Shown here: piece after piece, positions 57,448-64,000 of the stretch
How positions within the stretch are numbered: position 1 is the first letter of the stretch
How the letters are laid out: every line of letters starts with the position of its first letter
DNA from: a virus
Strand: one strand, 5' to 3'
Virus record (IMG/VR): IMGVR_UViG_3300020202_000062
Coordinates: 94,929-158,928 of that record
Length of the DNA: 64,000 bases
Program-made: the position numbers and the translations under genes
The notes under the pieces: generated by a model
What the model was told of the DNA's origin: nothing
Seen by the model: the letters and a program-made list of their open reading frames with translations, nothing else
Database searches by the model: none

Positions 57448-57733
57448 CTTCCTCTTCCACCTCCGGTGCGGGCTTCTTGCGAGTAGCCTTCGGCGCTGGT
57501 GTTGGTTCTGGCTCTGGAGTAGGCTCGGGTTCTGGAGTTGGATCTTCTACAGGTTCAGCCTGCTGATTAAGTAGTTGATCAAATAGAACAACTGCATACT
57601 CCATAGCAAGGCGTGTCTGCCCATTTCTTACCGCTCGACGGAACTCGCCGTAAGCATCTTGTACATTCAACTCGTAGGGAATACCCTTAGTTGATACTTC
57701 GCGGAACTTGCGCTCCCTGATTACATTTGACAT
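57428..57733 (-). CDS. Hypothetical protein with Pro/Glu/Thr linker
   Basis: 101 aa; AAGGAG RBS; PTPEPEPTPEPEPTPAP repeat. Confidence 0.7.
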   Translation of the reverse strand: MSNVIRERKFREVSTKGIPYELNVQDAYGEFRRAVRNGQTRLAMEYAVVLFDQLLNQQAEPVEDPTPEPEPTPEPEPTPAPKATRKKPAPEVEEEDGDSGE

Positions 57734-57735
57734 TC

Positions 57736-59391
57736 TTACTCCTTATTGTCACCTTCTAAGTCTACACCATCACTTAGAAGTGACTCAACTTCTGTTAGCC
57801 AGTCTTCGTCTAGGTCGTGGCGAATATCGGGAGAGGTTCTCCTACCATGTTGGTTAGATGGCCTAATGATATTGCCTGCGCCTCTACGTAGGTTTTTCGG
57901 ATTCGGTCTCCCACCTGTGGAAGACTTCTGTGTATCTGCTTTAGCGGCTGCCGGTGTAGTGTCAACCAACTTAGGTGCGCCCGGAGTTCCGGCTGCTGTC
58001 TTTGTCTGCGTAATTGTGTCTGGAGTCATACGAGCCATGAGTGCCGCAGCCGTCTTTGACTCATCCAGTTCAGGACTCTTCTTAAGAGCAAGGCGCGCCT
58101 CATCGCTTGTGGTGAGGTTGCTGTTGTACTTCTGCATCTCGTGAGTTTCTTTCTTGACCTGCGTGTCAACGTCAATCTCATTAAACGCAAAGTAGCAACG
58201 ATCTGACTCGGTTACCATAGGGTTAGACATCGGATCAAAGCCACCCTCAATAAGAAGTTCGTTGAAGATAGTTCTACGGATCTCATCAGCCAAGTATGTC
58301 TGGTAGGTCTTTACCTTGTCGTATAGGGCGATATCTAAACGGTCGGTAGCCTCACGGTTACCACCTTCTGACATACCCAAGTGATGAGGATATAAACCTA
58401 GACCGTTAGCAACTCTGTGCTTCCAGTGTGTTAGGTATGGCCCAGCATCGAGCGCCTTACCTTCTGATCCAATTACGTCAACGTCGTGACGATGAGGTAG
58501 AACGATGCCGCCTTCTACACGAAGGCTCTCGATTTCAAACGCAGCCTTTTCTAGCTCTGCCTGTGTTGCTGGGTGCTCATCTGTACCGATCATATACTTG
58601 TACAGCGGCGCAAGTTCGCGGTGAACTAGGTTGATCGAATCTTCTTCAATCTGACGCAAAGAAATAACATCATCAAGAGCAGAGATAACGAATGGAGTAC
58701 CGAATGCCCTACCTGGCTTCTTGTCCCAATGTAGATGGATTACATCGTTAGCATTCCATACCGGCCCTCTGCCACCATCATTGCCCCATCCAGCATCATC
58801 TAGTCGTTGCCTGTACCAGCGCGGCTTGTTGTGCTTATCTCGCAGGATCTCTACACGTTCTGTTGGAATGACGTAATATCCCACAATGGGGCTCTTGCCC
58901 TCCGGTGTATAGAGTGGGCCTGGGAAGAATTCTCTGAGTGAGTCGTTTCTCGCCTTGGCAATGAAGACGTTTGAGTACTTGACTAGTTGGTCTGCTACCT
59001 CAACTAAGAATGATTGGAATGAGCGATTCATGGCTACTTCTAGGTAGTCAATCCTCTGCCATAGATAATTCTCAGCCTCTGGGTTTTCGCTGACGATATC
59101 CCAGCCTTCTTTCCACAAGAGTTCTTGGTATTTTGAGAATGCTTGACGAACATATGAGTCGGTGTCAATTGCGGCGGTAATTTTGTCAAACTCGTAAGGA
59201 GATGTCTCGAACGTCGCACGCTGTGAAAGACTCGATGGTAACCCCTGGAACCCCAGAGCCAACGCACCGACCTTAAATACCTTACCTAAAGCCTTCTGAT
59301 GCTCAGGTGGAAGAACTTGGGCTGGCTTTTTTATAGGTTTGGGTGCTGGCTTAGGTGCCGCCAAAAAGGGGAAATAGTCTCTAATTGCCAT
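57736..59391 (-). CDS. Portal protein
   Basis: 551 aa; QLVKYSNVFI..VIHLHWD..AFGTPF..; upstream of protease and capsid; AGGAG RBS. Confidence 0.85.
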   Translation of the reverse strand: MAIRDYFPFLAAPKPAPKPIKKPAQVLPPEHQKALGKVFKVGALALGFQGLPSSLSQRATFETSPYEFDKITAAIDTDSYVRQAFSKYQELLWKEGWDIVSENPEAENYLWQRIDYLEVAMNRSFQSFLVEVADQLVKYSNVFIAKARNDSLREFFPGPLYTPEGKSPIVGYYVIPTERVEILRDKHNKPRWYRQRLDDAGWGNDGGRGPVWNANDVIHLHWDKKPGRAFGTPFVISALDDVISLRQIEEDSINLVHRELAPLYKYMIGTDEHPATQAELEKAAFEIESLRVEGGIVLPHRHDVDVIGSEGKALDAGPYLTHWKHRVANGLGLYPHHLGMSEGGNREATDRLDIALYDKVKTYQTYLADEIRRTIFNELLIEGGFDPMSNPMVTESDRCYFAFNEIDVDTQVKKETHEMQKYNSNLTTSDEARLALKKSPELDESKTAAALMARMTPDTITQTKTAAGTPGAPKLVDTTPAAAKADTQKSSTGGRPNPKNLRRGAGNIIRPSNQHGRRTSPDIRHDLDEDWLTEVESLLSDGVDLEGDNKE

Positions 59392-59410
59392 AAGGTGTAT
59401 ACTCCTATAT

Positions 59411-59444
59411 AAAAAGGGTCACTCACTGTAATAGTAAGCGACCC
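59411..59444 (-). terminator. Rho-independent terminator with embedded TACTA motif, upstream of the portal gene
   Basis: GGGTCGCTTACT-ATTAC-AGTGAGTGACCC followed by TTTTT (12-bp stem including two G-U pairs). Confidence 0.75.
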
Positions 59445-59469
59445 ATAGACATAACCGTATTTATATAGG

Positions 59470-59700
59470 TTAGACGAAGTCAGATGCTGTGGCTGGTTCC
59501 TTAACATCTGCCGACTCAGCCTTGAGAGCCTCTAGTTCGTCTGTTACTTCCTTAAGACGCCTAGCGAGGCTTTCCGCCTGATGCTCTAGCAGGATGTTGG
59601 TGGAAGTAAGTTCCCCTACCCTAGCCTGGAACCTAGCCAGTAAGCGATTGATCTCTTCGATGTCAACGTTATTCGGTTGGGACATCTTCGCTTGCTCCAT
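59470..59700 (-). CDS. Small coiled-coil protein
   Basis: Heptad pattern; the true start may be ATG 59685 (MSQPNN). Confidence 0.6.
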   Translation of the reverse strand: MEQAKMSQPNNVDIEEINRLLARFQARVGELTSTNILLEHQAESLARRLKEVTDELEALKAESADVKEPATASDFV

Positions 59701-59815
59701 TGTTTAAGATGTGGGTCTTGGCGTACTCTAGCCAAAAGACCAACTCGAAAGGATCGCAATCCGTCTGGATGTCGAAGTCGTCCTCTCTGATTGTAATTGC
59801 AATTTTCTTTTCCAA
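59669..59815 (-). CDS. Small hypothetical protein, 48 aa (below the ORF-track cutoff)
   Basis: GAGGT then TTG; MEKKIAITIREDDFDIQTDCDPFELVFWLEYAKTHILNNGASEDVPTE. Confidence 0.55.
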   Translation of the reverse strand: MEKKIAITIREDDFDIQTDCDPFELVFWLEYAKTHILNNGASEDVPTE

Positions 59816-59851
59816 TTTTACCTCACATGTGATTTTAACTCTATAAGTATA

Positions 59852-62173
59852 CTACTCGCCTTGAAGTGCTGCAACCTGCTCCTGGAGTTCTTGAACAGCT
59901 TTAACTAGCAAAGTAACTATAATATTATAAGCTATTCCTTCGGGCTGGCCTTGATTATCTAGAGATACAGATTCTGGAATTGCATCAAACATCTCTTCGG
60001 CAATGAATCCGATATCTTCTCTTTGCTGCGAGATCCATCTAAAACGAGTAGGATTGAGTTCGGCTATCTTACTTAGCGCACTGTATTCAATGGGGCGTAG
60101 GTCTTCCTTCCACCTGATAGATGATCCGTTTGTGTAAGTCCCGCCGATAAGATTGGCGTAGTCACCTGTATCGTAATTAATGAACTGAACTCGGTTATCA
60201 TCCGAAGAACCCTCATCGATAATAATCAAGGTATTAGTTTCTGTGCCATCCGAATCGGCCTGTAGGGCTATTCCTGCAATTTGTCCAGTGCCCCTCGCTT
60301 GCACCGGTAGGTTAGTGGGGCTAGCGTTTCCGGTGCTGATGCTTCCTGTAGAAGCGATCAGTTCGTCACATGTAACATCGCCACTAGCCGTAATTGTCCC
60401 GATGTTGACAAGGTTCCTAGAACTATCAACGATCTGAGTACCGTTAAGTTGATATTGGGAAGTGGCGTTAACTGTCGAAGGAGAGAATGTTCCTGTGGTT
60501 AGGGTGCCCGGAATGTCAACTGTGCCACCTGCACTAATGGTCAACCTATTCGATCCGGCGACTTCCATGAAGATATCCGAGTCCGCCTGGATATACATAT
60601 CTCCACCAGTAGTGGTGTAGATGGTTCCCTCAGTATCAGAACCCGCAAGATCGTACCACTTGATCTTGTTGCTGTTTCCGGTTCCTACGATAAGTTTGAT
60701 GCCAGTGCTAGCATCAATGACGACAGTACCTGCTGAGGCGGTCAGTGTTCCGGACACTGTAAACGAACCCGTGATGTTAGCGTCAGTGGCCGTCAAAGCT
60801 CCAGCAGGTGTGACCTGAAAAACAGTCCCTGATCCAGTGTTGATCTGTCCTGCGGCCGAAACCCTAAATGCAGTTGCTGTTGCATATGTGGATGTTGCAG
60901 GGTTACCCTGCCAGATGTTGCCGCTGTTATCTACGTTGAATCCACCAGAGGAACCAAGGCCAATAACACCCCTTCTGAAGTAAGCGAGTCCATCCGCCGT
61001 CAAGTAGAATGAATCTGTCGAGGCTCCGTCCCACAGCCTGAGGTACTTATTGGCACCTGTGGCGCTTGGGTCGATTTCAAACCTATGAGTTCCACCCGAT
61101 GTTGGGGACTGAAACTTCACTGCGCCCGCAGAAGTTACATACATCGTTGCGTTTGATGTAGACGTTCCGTTCAGGAAGATACCATTACCATCAACATAAA
61201 AGCGTGTGTTGCTTGAGTATGCGATTTGGAACTTGTTCGAGTCCAATGTGATAGCACTTGTGCCTCCCACATTATGCCCCACAATACTGATAGCCCCATT
61301 TTGGAATGTAATTCCATCTTTACTTAGCCGGTAACCTTTTGGTGTCCCGCTAGGAGTGTATCCAAAACTCTGAATGAAACCATTAGTATCGATGATGAAA
61401 GTTTTGGCGGCCCATGTACCCTCAAGGAGGTTGTCTACGGATACCTCTGTTTCAAGCGTCGTACCACTAGCGACTGGGGAGTAACCAGTTGACAACTGAT
61501 CAAACTGATCCCTTACCTTAAAACGGTAATAGTGAGTATCGGTGTCTGAAAGTTCATGGAAGTAAGTATCGGTTCCAGCGAGATCAGCAAGCGTTGACCA
61601 AGAACTCCCATCTAAAGAATGCTCAAGAAGGAATCCCTTATAGTCAAGCAGTCCGTCTGGTGGTATCATCGTGATACTGATACCAGTAAATACACCCACG
61701 AGAATAGGAGCATCTGTTGGATCTGTTGGGTCTTCGTTGCTGTCAGATCCAACCAAAGCCGCTGACTCATTACCGTGAATATCAACAGCCTTTACGGTAA
61801 CCGAAATAGAACTCTGGAGAGAACCAAAGTCAGAAGTGTTTTGATCTCTACTGTATAGGAAGTATGCGTCTGTTACTTCGTAAACTTTCGTAATGGAGTT
61901 GGCCGTAAGGGTAACCTTATATCCCTTTAGGTCCATAAGCGTACTGCCGTCAGTATTTGTGGTTGGCGGCGTCCAAGTTACGATGAAGGCTGTGGCTGAG
62001 AAATTCGTAACAAGGTTGGTTGGTGCGCTAGGAGTACTTTCATCAGACATTGTCTCGAAAGTTAGAGATTCAGACCATTCTGACTGAACGCCTAGATTGT
62101 TGTTAGATCGAACTCGCACCACATAGCGAGAGTCGGGCAATAGATTAGGTAGAACTCTGATCACTTCGGCCAT
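59852..62173 (-). CDS. Tail fibre / receptor-binding protein with FN3 domains and C-terminal intramolecular chaperone (peptidase S74)
   Basis: FN3 motifs (LLPDSRYVVRVRS; PSAPTNL..VTWTPP); SSIRWKEDL..IGFIAEEM..LLVKAVQEL at the C-terminus. Confidence 0.85.
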   Translation of the reverse strand: MAEVIRVLPNLLPDSRYVVRVRSNNNLGVQSEWSESLTFETMSDESTPSAPTNLVTNFSATAFIVTWTPPTTNTDGSTLMDLKGYKVTLTANSITKVYEVTDAYFLYSRDQNTSDFGSLQSSISVTVKAVDIHGNESAALVGSDSNEDPTDPTDAPILVGVFTGISITMIPPDGLLDYKGFLLEHSLDGSSWSTLADLAGTDTYFHELSDTDTHYYRFKVRDQFDQLSTGYSPVASGTTLETEVSVDNLLEGTWAAKTFIIDTNGFIQSFGYTPSGTPKGYRLSKDGITFQNGAISIVGHNVGGTSAITLDSNKFQIAYSSNTRFYVDGNGIFLNGTSTSNATMYVTSAGAVKFQSPTSGGTHRFEIDPSATGANKYLRLWDGASTDSFYLTADGLAYFRRGVIGLGSSGGFNVDNSGNIWQGNPATSTYATATAFRVSAAGQINTGSGTVFQVTPAGALTATDANITGSFTVSGTLTASAGTVVIDASTGIKLIVGTGNSNKIKWYDLAGSDTEGTIYTTTGGDMYIQADSDIFMEVAGSNRLTISAGGTVDIPGTLTTGTFSPSTVNATSQYQLNGTQIVDSSRNLVNIGTITASGDVTCDELIASTGSISTGNASPTNLPVQARGTGQIAGIALQADSDGTETNTLIIIDEGSSDDNRVQFINYDTGDYANLIGGTYTNGSSIRWKEDLRPIEYSALSKIAELNPTRFRWISQQREDIGFIAEEMFDAIPESVSLDNQGQPEGIAYNIIVTLLVKAVQELQEQVAALQGE

Positions 62174-62947
62174 TTAGGTTGCTCCACTCATAACACTGGC
62201 CCACTCCACATTGTAAATCTCTTCAGATCCTACAGTTGAATCGATGGGCGTAAGATAACTAACTGCCTGCACATTGACCTCAGCACTAGAAGATCCCGGA
62301 AACTTACGTCCAGTGGCGCGCATCTGGAATAGGTGCTGCCCCTCTGTGAGGTCGTACTTCGTGTAGACAATAGTAGTGCTAGATTCTACGTTGAATAAGT
62401 CAACTTCTTCCCAATCCCCGCCATCTACAGAAACCTCCATTATACCCTTGTCCAATCCAACTTCTGAAGATAGTTTGATCCTCTCACCATAGGTGATGAT
62501 AGACGCAACAGCATCCTTGCTTGATGCCACGCCGTCAACCCAGTGATCTCCAGGACGAGTGTACATGATTCGGTAATCGTCATACCTACGAGTTACTGTC
62601 CATAGATTCTCTGCATAAGTGGGTCGAGTTGGAGCGTTCGTTAGGTTCCAATTCCCGAAGTAAAGGAAGTACTCATCGTTCGAGTCACCCTCGTCTAGAT
62701 TTCCCTCCAAGAAGAATCTGACATACTCATCATCTACCTCGCGAGCAAGGACAGTGTAAGTTGGGGTGGCAGCACCGTTTGAGTGAATAACCTCAACGTC
62801 AGCATAATCTTCGCGAGTTTTGCCTGCGTCGTAATATCCGAGCATGTCAACGGGGACCGTCACGCAATGGCCCTCTAGAACGTCTTCGAATTCATTTGTG
62901 AGTACTAGTTGCCTTCTAAATAGGTATTTAGCATTCCACCAAGACAT
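62174..62947 (-). CDS. Virion protein with DUF2341-like N-terminus and carbohydrate-binding-like C-terminus
   Basis: MSWWN..YLFRRQL..YFLYFGN; GIMEVSVDG..VDLF..LTEGQH. Confidence 0.55.
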   Translation of the reverse strand: MSWWNAKYLFRRQLVLTNEFEDVLEGHCVTVPVDMLGYYDAGKTREDYADVEVIHSNGAATPTYTVLAREVDDEYVRFFLEGNLDEGDSNDEYFLYFGNWNLTNAPTRPTYAENLWTVTRRYDDYRIMYTRPGDHWVDGVASSKDAVASIITYGERIKLSSEVGLDKGIMEVSVDGGDWEEVDLFNVESSTTIVYTKYDLTEGQHLFQMRATGRKFPGSSSAEVNVQAVSYLTPIDSTVGSEEIYNVEWASVMSGAT

Positions 62948-64000
62948 TAGTCCTCCACTCTGTGGATCTGAACTTCATAACCAGCGTCGTCGCCATCCCA
63001 TGCCAATGTTACTTCAATACCAACTGTTCCGGGATTTGTCATTACTGCCCTTTGGGATAATAGCCTAAGGCTAGTCGGAACATCCGGCTGATCTGACGTA
63101 TCCACAGTTGAATTAGGGAGCGTGCCTCCCACAAGGTCAATACCACGAATCTTCTGGGATCCATCTAAACCTGTGTGGGCATGGGTGTTGATGTCAACTC
63201 CATCAATTGTAACACCTGGTTCCACTTCGATGTCGCCCGTGATGGTATCTCCCGCCTTTAGAAGATACTGCTCATGGGCATCATCTGCGTCTCTATCTCT
63301 TAGTTCTGAGTGACTAGAGTTGAATTCATCTACAACCGGCTGAATATTGCTCCAGGTTTCTGTCTCTGTTGGAGTTGGAGGAGTTGGGTTGAACTTAGCC
63401 TTTAGTGGCTTGCCCTTGACTTCTAGGTCTCGAATGGCCTTAACCCAACCGTCCCTGATCTTGAGTTGTTTCTTTAGATCCTCTGTCTTACTGTTGAAGA
63501 TTTCATTGCGGCGCATCTGATCAGCAAGTAGCATCTGTAGGTCGTCGTTTAACTTGGGGTTAGTCTTAGTTACAGACTCTCCCAACATACCCTTGTCTAG
63601 AAGCGCCTGCTCAAAGTCCTTAGTTACAGCCAATCTCATATTCATGGCTGGACCTAAGAATCTCTTGAAGTATGCGTCTGAAAACGTCGTGTGATTCTTT
63701 GTGATTTCTTCTTGTAGAGAGGCGATCTTGTTATTTACTTCATTGAGTCTAACCTTAAAAAGAGCCTGGTATTTTGCGGCTCTTTCTCCATTGATAGAAC
63801 CCAACTCGGAAGCGGAGATTGGAGAGACTTTCCCTCTTTCTTGGTAGATGCTCCGGACATTCCTCGTGTGGCGGAGCGCATTTTCCGCCCAGTCTTGAAG
63901 TAATTCGACTGTCCTCTTCTCTGATGCATCACTTACATCGCCAACGTAGTCATCTAGAAACTCCTCAATGTTAACAGCCTCATGGTGCACTGCCCTTGCT
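62947..64000 (-). CDS. Structural/fibre-associated protein, probably 5'-truncated by the window edge
   Basis: Frame stays open upstream of GTG 63990 to the edge; coiled coil then HSELRDRDADDAHEQYL..GVTIDGVDINTHAH. Confidence 0.6.
   Translation of the reverse strand, partial: ARAVHHEAVNIEEFLDDYVGDVSDASEKRTVELLQDWAENALRHTRNVRSIYQERGKVSPISASELGSINGERAAKYQALFKVRLNEVNNKIASLQEEITKNHTTFSDAYFKRFLGPAMNMRLAVTKDFEQALLDKGMLGESVTKTNPKLNDDLQMLLADQMRRNEIFNSKTEDLKKQLKIRDGWVKAIRDLEVKGKPLKAKFNPTPPTPTETETWSNIQPVVDEFNSSHSELRDRDADDAHEQYLLKAGDTITGDIEVEPGVTIDGVDINTHAHTGLDGSQKIRGIDLVGGTLPNSTVDTSDQPDVPTSLRLLSQRAVMTNPGTVGIEVTLAWDGDDAGYEVQIHRVED

Larger units (their letters stand above)
1..64000 (-). other. Virion morphogenesis region of a large contractile-tailed dsDNA phage
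   Basis: Co-oriented, densely packed genes in head, neck, tail, baseplate order; portal, protease, capsid, sheath, tube and J-like proteins recognisable; no host housekeeping genes. Confidence 0.95.

Noticed and set aside
73-63932. Numerous short plus-strand and out-of-frame minus-strand ORFs in the track
   Set aside because: They overlap long, motif-bearing minus-strand genes and show no recognisable features.
1-64000. Tailocin/eCIS, alternative genetic code, CRISPR array, tRNA, integrase or IS element
   Set aside because: Portal, protease and capsid indicate a complete phage; very long ORFs are intact in the standard code with TAG and TGA used as stops; no repeat-spacer array, cloverleaf or recombinase motif was seen by eye.

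Overview
The window is 64 kb of a large contractile-tailed (myovirus-like) bacteriophage genome and contains the virion morphogenesis region. All credible genes lie on the minus strand, are tightly packed with many TAATG/ATGA/TAGTG stop-start overlaps, and read in the standard code. In transcription order (64000 to 1): fibre/receptor-binding genes; portal; a GT-A glycosyltransferase; prohead protease with scaffold; decoration protein; major capsid; head accessory and fibre genes; head-tail joining genes; two sheath-family genes; three tube-family genes; two chaperones; a tape-measure-like protein; a 1174-aa protein with two-barrel RNA polymerase-like motifs; a 2792-aa hub (RlpA-like, glycine-zipper and thermonuclease domains); two CHAP amidases around a spike OB-fold; gp25-like and J-like wedge proteins; a DnaQ-like exonuclease; large baseplate proteins; three paralogous structural proteins; and a truncated fibre gene. 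I saw no terminase, tRNA, CRISPR array, integrase or IS element. The cell-wall enzymes suggest a Gram-positive, possibly actinobacterial, host (inference). Most interesting candidates: (1) a YonO/QDE-1-like single-subunit RNA polymerase with a deviant, apparently rearranged active-site barrel, encoded beside the tape measure and possibly ejected; (2) a strongly enriched Ala-Thr-Pro tripeptide found mainly in predicted exterior virion proteins, possibly a sequon for the phage glycosyltransferase; (3) a TACTA late-promoter motif, in places built into terminator or anti-SD hairpins. All functional calls come from motif recognition by eye, not database searches.
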